Under the pieces are notes generated by a model. It did no database searches and was not told where the DNA came from. It saw only the letters and a program-made list of their open reading frames with translations. 64,000 nt of DNA, taken from positions 1-64,000 of the forward strand of contig MEQL01000051.1 of assembly GCA_001770205.1 (NCBI GenBank), given 5' to 3'. Below, piece after piece: positions 25,746-36,088 of the stretch (position 1 is the first letter of the stretch; each line of letters starts with the position of its first letter). Position numbers and translations under genes: made by a program. This DNA is from Bdellovibrionales bacterium RIFOXYD12_FULL_39_22. Lineage in GTDB: Bacteria > Bdellovibrionota > Bacteriovoracia > Bacteriovoracales > Bacteriovoracaceae.

Positions 25746-27533
25746 ATGAAAAAAAACGCGTATCTTTTTCTACTATTTCTAGTCTCATCCATCTCTAGTT
25801 CAACTCCTCTTTTTGCCTCTTTGGAGCAAGCAAAGTCTTATCAGTTTCCCGGCAACTACCTAGCAGAAAATCTATATGCTAATCCAACTATTTTACAGGC
25901 CTTTTATTGGTACATTCCCGATCCTGACTCTGGACATAAAGGGCCAGAATCCAATCTCTGGCAATATATCTCCTACACTATGGCAGACGAATTCAAGCAA
26001 CATGGCTTTACCCACGTCTGGCTTCCACCCATGTCCAAGGCGTTTAGTCCCACCAACGAATACAACGTTGGTTACGCCGTTTACGACCATTACGACTTAG
26101 GAGAGTTTCATCAAATGGGCCGCGTGCGTACCAAGTATGGAACCAAACAAGAACTTTTGGCGGCAGTTGAGGCACTACATTCTCGCGGCATCATGGTTAT
26201 TGGCGACATCGTAATGAATCACATGTTGGGAGCAGATCAAGCCGAAAATGTCCCCTACTCTCATGGGTTCATCGTAAACAAGAACAACACAGTAAGCTAC
26301 ATCGGCAGTGGTGAAATTGCGGCCTACCTAAATTTTAATTTCCAAAATAAAAATGACCCAGATCCTCGTGGTACTCGACACTCTAGTTTTGTTTGGAACA
26401 AAGATCACTTTAACGGGCTTGAAATTTTTGACCGCTTCTATCTTTTTCAAGGGAAGTCTATAAATAAAGTAGCATATTTTGGTGATCTTTCCAGCATGCC
26501 CTCGGAAGCACAAAATATCTACAAATCTATTCGCAGCGACATAATTTTAGGCGCCAATTTAGACTTTCAAAATCCGGAAGTTCGTGAAGAAATGATTCGC
26601 TGGACAAAATGGCTCATCAACGAAGTTGGACTAGATGGTTTTCGCATAGATGCAGTCAGACACATCGATACTCCTTTTATTTCCGAATGGGCCTTTGCTA
26701 TTCAGAAGTACATGTCCGACATTGGAAAATTTGACGGTATGCTGATGTTTGGAGAATCTTGGGATGGATGGGCCGAAAGATTAAGTGCCTATCTCGAGGG
26801 AAATCCGGCCAATAATGGCCTTTTTTACAATCAAGGTGATGGCGCAACCAATTATTGCGGAATTGGTAATGCCATGTCCCTTTTTGACGTTCCACTTCAC
26901 TACGACTTTCAAAAAGTAGCAAAAGAAAATAATAGTTATCCTCCGACTCGAATTAGTGATCTACCATACCGTGGTTTATTGGCACGAAATCCTCGTTACG
27001 CCATTACTTTTGTTGACAACCACGACACTATTCCTACTCAAGAATTGGGAAGCTACATTCCTCTACATACGAAATTGCAAGCTTATACTTTTATTTTACT
27101 CAATGAATTTGGCGTTCCTACCGTTTACTACGAAGATATGTACAAAGGAAATTTTGTCAGCAATTATAAGCATGATAACTTTCACGTCTTAAACGAAGGA
27201 ATAAAAAAATTAGTCTATCTTCGACGACGTTATGCCTATGGGCCTGGAGAATATTTTATTGACTACGCCAAACCTGGCATCCTTGGATATAAGCGACAAG
27301 GACGCTCTGATCGACAGGCCGAAAGCGGATTGATCTATCTTATTCGTGAATTTAATTCCAAAGATAATGGACTGATAATACCCACTGATAATCGTAAGTG
27401 GGTATTGGCCGCAGGATCTGGCAACTTTAATAACGGACGTTTTTATCTTAACGATGACTCTGATTGGGCGGTGTGGATTCCCTCTCCTGAAAATGGAATT
27501 CCGGCCACTCAATTACCCTGGAGTTTAAAGTAA
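25746..27533 (+). CDS. secreted alpha-amylase (GH13, liquefying-amylase-like)
   Basis: Signal peptide, GYAVYDHYDLGEF, RTKYGT, DIVMNH, GFRIDAVRH, FGESW, FVDNHD. Confidence 0.92.
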   Translation: MKKNAYLFLLFLVSSISSSTPLFASLEQAKSYQFPGNYLAENLYANPTILQAFYWYIPDPDSGHKGPESNLWQYISYTMADEFKQHGFTHVWLPPMSKAFSPTNEYNVGYAVYDHYDLGEFHQMGRVRTKYGTKQELLAAVEALHSRGIMVIGDIVMNHMLGADQAENVPYSHGFIVNKNNTVSYIGSGEIAAYLNFNFQNKNDPDPRGTRHSSFVWNKDHFNGLEIFDRFYLFQGKSINKVAYFGDLSSMPSEAQNIYKSIRSDIILGANLDFQNPEVREEMIRWTKWLINEVGLDGFRIDAVRHIDTPFISEWAFAIQKYMSDIGKFDGMLMFGESWDGWAERLSAYLEGNPANNGLFYNQGDGATNYCGIGNAMSLFDVPLHYDFQKVAKENNSYPPTRISDLPYRGLLARNPRYAITFVDNHDTIPTQELGSYIPLHTKLQAYTFILLNEFGVPTVYYEDMYKGNFVSNYKHDNFHVLNEGIKKLVYLRRRYAYGPGEYFIDYAKPGILGYKRQGRSDRQAESGLIYLIREFNSKDNGLIIPTDNRKWVLAAGSGNFNNGRFYLNDDSDWAVWIPSPENGIPATQLPWSLK

Positions 27534-27549
27534 AAAAATGAGGTAAACT

Positions 27550-27960
27550 ATGAACAATAAAATATTACTTATATGCACTATCTTTCTATTATCTTTTGGA
27601 GCATCCTCGGCTGAGTGGAGAGTTTATGCTTCCTGCGATGATGGTTCGGCCGTACTTGATAAAAACAATTTATTAGAAGGTGAGTTTCAACTTGTAATCC
27701 GTAATAGGCAAATTGTTGACTACTTTGAACAAATTGGCGCAAACCACGCTAACGGCCGAGGAGAGGCAATTACTCTTTTAACTCAACAATCAGAATATAG
27801 TTGGTCGAAGATAAGTGATCGCAATATTGAATATCTCGTTGGGCGTTACTATAACCAACTAATTTATCAAGTATATGAGGGAACTATTTCTCCAAATGGA
27901 AAATGGATGCGTGGCCAGATGTTTGCCGATTGGATTTTCCGTAACTGTCAATTTTTTTAG
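27550..27960 (+). CDS. secreted hypothetical protein
   Basis: RBS GAGG, signal peptide, a Cys near each end. Confidence 0.75.
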   Translation: MNNKILLICTIFLLSFGASSAEWRVYASCDDGSAVLDKNNLLEGEFQLVIRNRQIVDYFEQIGANHANGRGEAITLLTQQSEYSWSKISDRNIEYLVGRYYNQLIYQVYEGTISPNGKWMRGQMFADWIFRNCQFF

Positions 27961-28021
27961 TTTCTATTTGCCTCTCCCGTTCAAAATTGCCCTCTAAATT
28001 GCCTACTTGATCTGTGATACT

Positions 28022-28035
28022 CTGTTTATAAACAG
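28022..28035. promoter_or_regulatory. perfect 14-bp palindrome, possible operator upstream of the subtilase
   Basis: CTGTTTATAAACAG overlapping the end of a TG-A-TACTCT extended -10-like element. Confidence 0.3.
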
Positions 28036-28062
28036 GCAGCAAAATAAAACAAGGATGTTTTT

Positions 28063-29703
28063 TTGAGAATACTATTTTCCTCCGCATTGGCCGCGGCCCT
28101 TTTTATAACCTTAAATTTATCTCTACACGCTGATATTGTTCCCGATGAATTTATTGTAAGAGTCGAAGATAATACAAAATTTGATCTGCAAAAGGCGGCC
28201 TCTTTTTTTACTCAAAACACCCAAATTGAAGCAAAAAAAGTAGTTCCCATCAAAATAGCAAAATCTATTTTTCTCTCCATCAAACTGAAACAAAGTGATG
28301 TATTAACCTTTTTATCCAAGAAAAAAGGCCAATTTAAATATGTTGAGGCCAATTATCGATGGAAAATAATGACTCAAGACGAACTATATCCAAAGCAATG
28401 GAACTTAGAAAATACTGGAAATAACTACTCCAATCCCATCACAAATAGTGTCAAAGGGGCGGATCTGGATATTGTGCGCGCCTGGGAAATTAGCAAAGGT
28501 GATAGGCAAATTAAAATTGCAGTTATCGATACCGGAATTGATTATAATCACCCGGACCTTAGCGATAACATTTGGATAAATGGCCAAGAGTTCAGAGGAC
28601 AGGCCAATATAGACGATGATAAGAATGGTTACATCGACGATATCTATGGATATAATTTTGTAAAAAACAGTGGAGATCCGATGGATGATCAAGGCCATGG
28701 TACTCACTGTGCAGGGATCATAGGTGCCGCCCATAATAATTTTGGCATCGCCGGGGTTATGGCCAATGTCTCCTTAATGGCACTAAAGTTTATCGATAAA
28801 AATGGAGATGGAAGTACCGAAGGTGCCTTACGCGCAATTGAGTATGCTTTGGCCCAAGAAGTAGATGTACTCTCCAATTCCTGGGGAGGAGGTGAATATT
28901 CTCAGGCCCTCTTTGACGCTATTGCGGAAGCAAACAAAGAAGGAATTATCTTTGTGGCCGCCGCCGGAAATTTTGGCGAAAATAACGACAACCTACATCT
29001 CTACCCGGCCAGTTATAAACTCCCTAATATTGTCTCCGTAGGATCACATGGTGCCGACGATGAACTCTCCACCTTCTCCTCCTACGGAGAACAAAGTGTA
29101 GATCTGGCCGCTCCCGGAGAGAAAATTTTATCATCCCTTCCCAAAAATAAATATGGCATGCTCTCAGGAACTTCCATGGCCGCTCCTCATGTTGCCGGAA
29201 TGGCCGGCCTCTATCTTTCCGTTTTTGGAAAAACTCTACCTGCGCAGTTAAAAGAAGAACTACAAAAAAGCGCAATACATCATCCCTCATATCGCAAACA
29301 AACTATCTCCGGAGGACGCGCCAACGCCTATAATCTTTTGGCAAAAATATATCCACCTCGATTTATAATTCCCGAAAGTAGTTGGATTGACTATCCATTA
29401 CAAGATTCAGATGTTTTTGAAACAAAACATAACTACAACTCTTATGACTATTTATCTAAAACTTATCAAATAGCTAACGCCAGATATGTCCGGCCAATTA
29501 TAAAAAAAATGGAGTTGCGCGAATTAAGCGATATACTACAAATTAAAAATGGAAAGAATAAAACCTACGACAGACTCTCCGGAATTGCCGAAAATCTCCC
29601 AGGCGATTACGTTGACGGTGATACCATTAAACTAAGGTTTAGCTCAAAAACTGCTGGCGACAAATGGGGAATTTTGATTGAAAAGCTCCAATACATTCCC
29701 TAA
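28063..29703 (+). CDS. secreted S8 subtilisin-like serine protease with C-terminal CUB-like domain
   Basis: IAVIDTG, HGTHCAG, AAGN, GTSMAAPH intact; pro-domain; TTG start with AAGGA. Confidence 0.93.
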   Translation: MRILFSSALAAALFITLNLSLHADIVPDEFIVRVEDNTKFDLQKAASFFTQNTQIEAKKVVPIKIAKSIFLSIKLKQSDVLTFLSKKKGQFKYVEANYRWKIMTQDELYPKQWNLENTGNNYSNPITNSVKGADLDIVRAWEISKGDRQIKIAVIDTGIDYNHPDLSDNIWINGQEFRGQANIDDDKNGYIDDIYGYNFVKNSGDPMDDQGHGTHCAGIIGAAHNNFGIAGVMANVSLMALKFIDKNGDGSTEGALRAIEYALAQEVDVLSNSWGGGEYSQALFDAIAEANKEGIIFVAAAGNFGENNDNLHLYPASYKLPNIVSVGSHGADDELSTFSSYGEQSVDLAAPGEKILSSLPKNKYGMLSGTSMAAPHVAGMAGLYLSVFGKTLPAQLKEELQKSAIHHPSYRKQTISGGRANAYNLLAKIYPPRFIIPESSWIDYPLQDSDVFETKHNYNSYDYLSKTYQIANARYVRPIIKKMELRELSDILQIKNGKNKTYDRLSGIAENLPGDYVDGDTIKLRFSSKTAGDKWGILIEKLQYIP

Positions 29704-30284
29704 TTGTGGCATTCTGCACATTGCTTAGGTGGATTGGTATTACCCTGAGCATGCTGTTCTTTGTGACAACCTAGACAAAGTTTATGCGCAAGCGTCTTTT
29801 GCAAAACCTTATCCTCGAAAGTTTTTGGAAAACCTTCCGGAAAGTGACAGACCTGGCATTTTCCAAAGGCCATATAGGCCGAGTTAACCGAATGACTTGC
29901 ATGATCAAAAGAGACAGCTCCTCTATTATTGGTAAATTCAAATTGATCTAGGCCAGACGCTTGAGAGCCAGGAAAAGACTGCTTGCTAATCTCATCAATA
30001 TTAGAAACACCATCACCATCCGAATCCAAGGCCGAAGCAAAATCAAAATCAACTTTCCCGCCCTGTTTGACAGATTCTCGCAACGCCAATCCATAATTGT
30101 TCAAAAAATCAGCGACTAGAGGCAGATGGCAAGTGGCGCAATTATTAAGTTGTCCATTTCGGGCGTCTGGATATTTATCCATCATGGCCTGCTGATATCC
30201 TGGCGTCGCATAGAGCGCAGAAATCGGCCAGAAAATAATTGACGCAAAAAGTACTATGAGGATAAATCCGCAACTCTTTCTCAT
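29700..30284 (-). CDS. periplasmic tetraheme c-type cytochrome (monoheme + DSDGDG loop + c7-like triheme)
   Basis: Signal peptide; CATCH, CQVCH, CLGCH, CAECH; GAVSFDHASH and AH axial-ligand motifs. Confidence 0.88.
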   Translation of the reverse strand: MRKSCGFILIVLFASIIFWPISALYATPGYQQAMMDKYPDARNGQLNNCATCHLPLVADFLNNYGLALRESVKQGGKVDFDFASALDSDGDGVSNIDEISKQSFPGSQASGLDQFEFTNNRGAVSFDHASHSVNSAYMAFGKCQVCHFPEGFPKTFEDKVLQKTLAHKLCLGCHKEQHAQGNTNPPKQCAECHN

Positions 30285-30488
30285 TTTGTATGCTCCTTGA
30301 TTAACAATCCAATAGTTGAGGTAAAAGAATAGAGGTTTTTTATCACATGCCCTTAATCGTCGTCAATTGCTACCTGAGATCAACCACGGTCTTGATAAGA
30401 TTTTATTAAACAAGGATAATCTGCTCTTTTTTTCTGCTCACACTTTGCTATAATAGAGACAACTGAAGTTTTATAGGAGGATATTTTT

Positions 30489-31448
30489 TTGTCTGAATAT
30501 GTTCAATACGCTTTACTTGATATTTATCCAGATGAAGAGTTGCCTGGCGATGTCTATCTTTTCGTCAATAACCACCATCTAAAATATAAGCCTCGAAATG
30601 ATGTAATCTCTAAGGCAAAATATGAAGAATTTGTTAAACGACAAGTGACATTTGTTTATATTTTAAAAAGCGAAGAATCTCTATTTGCAAAATGGTCCGA
30701 AGGCCTAAAGCAAACTAAAAAACAAGAAATTATTTCTCGCATTGGCCCCGAAAATAGCGATTTAGCAGATGCCTATTTTTCTACCCGCAGTACGCTTATG
30801 GAATTTGTGACCAAAGAGGTCTCCAACCAAACAGTCAAGGCCATTTTGGATAGAACTCGTAATGTTATTTCTGTCATTCAATCTAAAAAAACAGCGGATA
30901 AGTTAATTGGAAAAATGTTTCTCTACGGCCAAGGGCTGGCCGATCATGGAATGAATGTGGCAAGTCTTTCTACCTATCTGGCCATAAATATCGGCTACGA
31001 ACAGCACGCTCTGCTAGAAACAATTTATACCGGTGGACTTTTGCATGATTTTGGAAAAACTCGCATTGATAAGCGTTATCTCGAAGATATTAACTCTCCC
31101 GAGTATGAAACTGCTATGAAAAAACATCCAACACTGGGAAAAACCTCTCTCATTGTAGACAATGGCCTATCCGATGAAGTTCTGAGAATTGTAGTTGAAC
31201 ATCATGAAAATGTTGATGGCACAGGCCACCCTCGTGGCCTAAATGGTAGTCGTATCTATGAACTAACCAAAATTGTTTCTATCGCCAACGCTTTTGACAA
31301 TTTAGTGCAAAAAGATGATGGGCCAATCTCCATCGCCGAAAAGCAAAAAAAAGCAATCAAACGCCTAGAGCTAGAGGTAAAATCGGGGAAAATTTTTGAT
31401 ACTCGCATCCTTAGCAAATCATTGAAAGCTCTAGATCTTATTTTATAG
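30489..31448 (+). CDS. HD-GYP domain protein
   Basis: LLHDFGK, KKHP, HHENVDGTGHPRGL; TTG start with AGGAGG. Confidence 0.88.
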   Translation: MSEYVQYALLDIYPDEELPGDVYLFVNNHHLKYKPRNDVISKAKYEEFVKRQVTFVYILKSEESLFAKWSEGLKQTKKQEIISRIGPENSDLADAYFSTRSTLMEFVTKEVSNQTVKAILDRTRNVISVIQSKKTADKLIGKMFLYGQGLADHGMNVASLSTYLAINIGYEQHALLETIYTGGLLHDFGKTRIDKRYLEDINSPEYETAMKKHPTLGKTSLIVDNGLSDEVLRIVVEHHENVDGTGHPRGLNGSRIYELTKIVSIANAFDNLVQKDDGPISIAEKQKKAIKRLELEVKSGKIFDTRILSKSLKALDLIL

Positions 31449-31452
31449 ATAA

Positions 31453-32922
31453 TTAAGATAAAGAATAATTAGGCGCCTCTTTAGTAATTTGCACATCATG
31501 CGGGTGATTTTCCCGCAAAGAAGCGGCAGAAATAGTGATAAATCGTGCCTTGGCCTGCAAATCCCGCAAATCACTAGCACCCACGTATCCCATTCCCGAC
31601 TTTATTCCTCCAATCAACTGATAGATATTCTGCGATAATGGCCCACGATGAGGAACTTGGCCTTCAATTCCCTCTGGAACCAATTTATTCATATCGGTAA
31701 TTTTACCTTGCCCATAGCGATCTTTTGAGCCGTGAACCATGGCACCCAAAGAACCCATTCCCCGATATACCTTGTAGGCTCGCCCTTTGTACAAAACCAT
31801 CTCGCCAGGACTTTCATCGGTCCCAGCAAAAAGCGAACCGATCATGACGCTATCAGCTCCGGCCGCTAATGCTTTGACAATATCTCCTGAATACTTAATC
31901 CCACCATCCGCAATAAGTGCCACTCCGGCCGCTTTGCAAACTTTAGAACATTCTAAAACCGCACTAAATTGAGGAACACCAATTCCGGCCACTACCCTAG
32001 TAGTACAAATAGAACCCGGGCCAATTCCTACTTTTACACCATCTACTCCGGCCGCAATCAAGGCTTGACAAGCATCGGCAGTCGCTACATTCCCGGCCAC
32101 CAATTGAATTTGAGAAAACATTTTCTTCACCTGCCCGGCCATTTCAATAACTCCACGTGAATGGCCATGCGCAGTATCAATTACTAAAACGTCGACATCC
32201 ATCTCTGCCAAAAGTTTGGCCCGCGCTAACTCATGCGGCCCAACACCAATGGCCGCCGCCACTCGCAGTCGGCCTTGTGAATCTTTATTGGCCAATGGAT
32301 AATCAATGTTTTTTTGAATATCGCTAATGGTTATAAGTCCTTTTAAATGGCCTTCTCTATCTATCACCGGCAATTTCTCTATTCGATGTTTTTTCAATAA
32401 CTGTTTGGCCTCGCTCATCGAAATATTAGGCGACGCGGTGATCAGTCGTTCAGAAGGCGTCATTACCTCTTTTACTTTTATGGTGAGGTCACTCTCATAG
32501 CGCATATCTCTATTCGTCAAAATTCCTACTAACTTTTTTTTCTCATCCACCACGGGAAGTCCCGTTACGTGATGGGCAGAGGCCAAGGCCATCACCTCTA
32601 ACAATGTAGCATCCGGGCCAGTTACAATAGGATGTAAAATAATCCCAGAAACGGCCTTCTTTACTTTTTCCACTTCAGCGGCCTGCAAGTTAGGAGCTAA
32701 ATTTTTATGAAGAACACCAATCCCTCCCTCGCGGGCCATAACAATAGCAGTGGCCGCTTCGGTAACCGTATCCATGGCCGCGGAAGAAAGGGGAATATTT
32801 ATCTCAATATTACGAGTAAATTTTGTTCGAAGTAAAACATCACTGGGTAAGAACTCGGAGTATGCGGGAAGCAAAAGCACATCATCGTAAGTCAAACCTA
32901 CATCGGAGGAGAGCGTGGCCAT
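31453..32922 (-). CDS. guaB: IMP dehydrogenase
   Basis: [12 protein letters not shown] pair, [31 protein letters not shown]. Confidence 0.97.
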   Translation of the reverse strand: MATLSSDVGLTYDDVLLLPAYSEFLPSDVLLRTKFTRNIEINIPLSSAAMDTVTEAATAIVMAREGGIGVLHKNLAPNLQAAEVEKVKKAVSGIILHPIVTGPDATLLEVMALASAHHVTGLPVVDEKKKLVGILTNRDMRYESDLTIKVKEVMTPSERLITASPNISMSEAKQLLKKHRIEKLPVIDREGHLKGLITISDIQKNIDYPLANKDSQGRLRVAAAIGVGPHELARAKLLAEMDVDVLVIDTAHGHSRGVIEMAGQVKKMFSQIQLVAGNVATADACQALIAAGVDGVKVGIGPGSICTTRVVAGIGVPQFSAVLECSKVCKAAGVALIADGGIKYSGDIVKALAAGADSVMIGSLFAGTDESPGEMVLYKGRAYKVYRGMGSLGAMVHGSKDRYGQGKITDMNKLVPEGIEGQVPHRGPLSQNIYQLIGGIKSGMGYVGASDLRDLQAKARFITISAASLRENHPHDVQITKEAPNYSLS

Positions 32923-32935
32923 ATCAACATCCTTG

Positions 32936-35287
32936 TTACTGCACTGCCGGCAGCAAAGTTAGCATTTGAGAGGAGATGATCTTCTCATCTTTAGCAAAAG
33001 TTTTCAAGTTATCCTCAAACTGCTCGATGTAATTTTCAATCTGCTCTCCAAAGTCATACATACTATGATCCACAATTCTTCGAGACAGATGTCGATGCCC
33101 TTTGTAAAGCAAAGAGAGATAACTTTGCACAATATTTTGCACCTCGTTACTTAAGGCCGCCAATTGTGTTTGTGCTTTGCCAATATCGTTAATATTTTTG
33201 GTATAGCGATCCAGCGCGTTGGCCTCTCTTGGAAGATTTAAACTCAACTCATACTCTCTTAACTGCAAGGAGGTAGGATTAAATTCTGAACCTAAAAGTG
33301 CTGCTCGCTGTCCTAAAGATCTGGCCAAGAAAAACAGATCGGTCCCCTCTACCGGTAATCTAAAAAAAAGATGCGATAGATCCACAAAACCAGTTATAAC
33401 ACCAACTCCCGGCACAGCATAAAGCAAACTTCCACCCATGCGGGCCAGCGTTTCATCTCGCACATCTCTTTTATCTTGAGTAGTTTTGGCATTAGCGTAT
33501 TCCAACGCCCCCACTGTCGCCTCCGCAAAAACGTTAAGTCCAATTAAAAGATAAAACATCGTTCCGTTTTTTATCATCTCAACAATCTTACCGTGGGTGA
33601 TTTCATTAAAACGATCCACCGCCGCCTTGGTAAATTCCGCATTAACAATTTTTTCTACCGGAGATTTTATTCCATTTAATCTCTCCGTAAAAGCAATGTA
33701 CAATCTTCCCAGCATTGAAAGTTTTTGTCCGGCAATGGTTGTTGCAGGCGGCATATTGGGAACTATTGGGACAATAGGCGAACGAGGCATGATTATAGCA
33801 CCACCTTCTCCCGCGGCCATTTTCATTCTAATTCCTGATTGAATAAGTTTGTCGATAACATTTTTATTAAGCCAAGATGAGGATAACTTAGAGGTGGCAG
33901 ATAGCGTATTTAGAATCGGTCCAGCAGTTACAGTGGAATTGGCCAGAAGGCGTAAAAAAAGCAGATCCTCGCCGGCCAAAGAGGAGATTAACATCAGTGT
34001 TGACTGCGAAAGATTTCCTTTTTCGGTAGCATATTTTAATTCTAAATTAGAGTAAGTTCCATGGCGAGTTATTCCATATAATTTGGAAAGGTTGATGCTG
34101 TAACTGCTACCTCCTTGTCCTACCTCCACAATATTTTCTTCTAATACCTGTTGCACATTGGCCACCTCGATGGCCGAAGGACTCTCTACTTTGCCAAGGT
34201 TAATTTCAATTCTGACTTTTTTTGCGAAGGCCTGCAATTGCGGATCTAATACCACCGCCCCCGGATCGGCAATTATCTGCATAAGCATGGCCTCATTTAA
34301 ATATTCGTTGCTAACTCTCTCTCGCAATTTTTCGTAATTTTGCTGCAGTTGGGCCACATTTTCGGCCACTTCAATTCCACTATCTACGATCATGCCAAGC
34401 GCTTTAATATCCTCTGGCCCAATCATCCTAGTGCTATCATTTGCCAATGATTGTGCTGCCAACACCTCGGGTTTTAACTCGACAAAAAGTCGAGGAAATT
34501 GCGGTATGGTATTTCCCGGAATAGTGATCTCTTCTCCCGTTTGCAGTTGTACTTTTTGGCCATCTTTGCGTGCCACTGGAATTTGGGGAATTCCGCCTGG
34601 GGTTTGCGGCATCTGTGGCCCAGGAATTACTGGCGTTATGGCCCTGTCCTTGCTTGATTCTAGCAGCTGATTAATTACTCCATCTTTTTCATTAGAGGGG
34701 GCAATCCTGGCCTTTTTTAAATTTTCGTCTGTTAGTGCCCATTGGGCAAAGGCATACTCTTCTACCGAAGGGTAGATAATATTGACTCGCTCCGGATGGC
34801 CTGGAGAAAAATAGTTTTTAAGTAACTTTTCAACAAAGATAATTTCCGTATCGTTGGGTACATTTATATCTATTCTCGAATCCATTAATGCTTCCGAAAG
34901 CAACATCGAAGCACGCACATAAGGCCGCTGCTTATATTGGATTGCCATTACACTATTTACCACCTTTTTAAATTGATATTCCCTAATAATATCTGCTGCT
35001 TTATCTATCTTATTTACAACCACATCGCTTAAGGATTGATCATTACGAATGACATCTCGCAAAATTTCATAAGCAACTTTCCAATTTTTTTTGTCCATCA
35101 ATAAATATTGCGCAAAGTAAATTTTGGCATTAGTCGAAAGATAAAGTGAAATATCTTCTGCAGCAACTTCCGATAATACTCCAGTAACATCTTCCGCGTG
35201 ATTATTCGGGGCGGCCAATAACGATTGAGTTATCAGCAAAAAAGATAAAAATAGAACAAAAGATTTTTTAATGTGTTTTATAAACAT
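32936..35287 (-). CDS. large secreted hypothetical protein
   Basis: 783 aa, signal peptide, Pro/Gln-rich linkers, Gly/Ala-rich hydrophobic helices in the C-terminal third. Confidence 0.8.
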   Translation of the reverse strand: MFIKHIKKSFVLFLSFLLITQSLLAAPNNHAEDVTGVLSEVAAEDISLYLSTNAKIYFAQYLLMDKKNWKVAYEILRDVIRNDQSLSDVVVNKIDKAADIIREYQFKKVVNSVMAIQYKQRPYVRASMLLSEALMDSRIDINVPNDTEIIFVEKLLKNYFSPGHPERVNIIYPSVEEYAFAQWALTDENLKKARIAPSNEKDGVINQLLESSKDRAITPVIPGPQMPQTPGGIPQIPVARKDGQKVQLQTGEEITIPGNTIPQFPRLFVELKPEVLAAQSLANDSTRMIGPEDIKALGMIVDSGIEVAENVAQLQQNYEKLRERVSNEYLNEAMLMQIIADPGAVVLDPQLQAFAKKVRIEINLGKVESPSAIEVANVQQVLEENIVEVGQGGSSYSINLSKLYGITRHGTYSNLELKYATEKGNLSQSTLMLISSLAGEDLLFLRLLANSTVTAGPILNTLSATSKLSSSWLNKNVIDKLIQSGIRMKMAAGEGGAIIMPRSPIVPIVPNMPPATTIAGQKLSMLGRLYIAFTERLNGIKSPVEKIVNAEFTKAAVDRFNEITHGKIVEMIKNGTMFYLLIGLNVFAEATVGALEYANAKTTQDKRDVRDETLARMGGSLLYAVPGVGVITGFVDLSHLFFRLPVEGTDLFFLARSLGQRAALLGSEFNPTSLQLREYELSLNLPREANALDRYTKNINDIGKAQTQLAALSNEVQNIVQSYLSLLYKGHRHLSRRIVDHSMYDFGEQIENYIEQFEDNLKTFAKDEKIISSQMLTLLPAVQ

Positions 35288-35399
35288 TTGGTACTCCCTT
35301 AGCTTATGGACAGATCTAAGACGATTCTACGACACTCTGCATTATCTTACTATAATCATGAAGCTTTTTGAATTTTTTACACAGTGCGCAAGGTATTGA

Positions 35400-35930
35400 C
35401 TAGGACAACTCTTCAAAGGTTCCTCTTTCCAAATTTTTACGTACTTTAGGCGCTTTAAATAGTTGATTATGAAAGGAAATATAGATAGCAGGAGCGACAA
35501 TTTTGCTAGCAAAAATGGCCTCTACAAAGTTTTGAAAGGCATCTGAGTCATCAAGTCCCAAAGGCCTCATGGCACCGGTGAAAATAACAGGATGCTTAAC
35601 ATCAACGAGACGTTCATAACAGTACTTGGCAGAATCGGCCATGGTATCTGTGCCGTGCAAAACAACCACGGGACAATCACTTTTTAGATGTTTTTTTATA
35701 CAGACACTAATAAATTCTCGGTCATCATCATCCATATAAAGAGAATCTTTGGCCAAAATAGAGTATTGAATTATCTCGGTATAAGGCAATCGCAATTTGG
35801 AAATAATCTTGTCATGAATTATGGATTCTTTATTTGATAAACTACCATCACGCTCATCATAGGTTTTTTCAATAGTTCCACCGGTAGTTAAAACTATGAT
35901 TTTTTTCTTCTGGCGCATTTTAAACCCCAT
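35400..35930 (-). CDS. short-chain L-asparaginase (N-terminal domain only)
   Basis: TTGGTIEK, KDSLYM, HGTDTM, TGAMRP; 176 aa. Confidence 0.88.
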   Translation of the reverse strand: MGFKMRQKKKIIVLTTGGTIEKTYDERDGSLSNKESIIHDKIISKLRLPYTEIIQYSILAKDSLYMDDDDREFISVCIKKHLKSDCPVVVLHGTDTMADSAKYCYERLVDVKHPVIFTGAMRPLGLDDSDAFQNFVEAIFASKIVAPAIYISFHNQLFKAPKVRKNLERGTFEELS

Positions 35931-36011
35931 TTTGCTGCAAAATTGTCTTATGACTAATATAAACGCAGAAATGATATCAAATTTTTTTATAAAAAGTCTA
36001 TTGCTCCACCC

Positions 36012-36039
36012 TTGACGTTAATAAATTAGACACTAGATT
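36012..36039 (+). promoter_or_regulatory. candidate htpG promoter
   Basis: (CCC)TTGACG-16 nt-TAGATT upstream of RBS AAGGAG. Confidence 0.35.
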
Positions 36040-36088
36040 GATCTAACATTTTTTATCTACTTTTTTACACTACCAAGGAGTGTTGGCC

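Noticed and set aside
28022..28035. LexA SOS box
   Set aside because: CTGT-N6-ACAG rather than N8; kept only as a generic palindrome.
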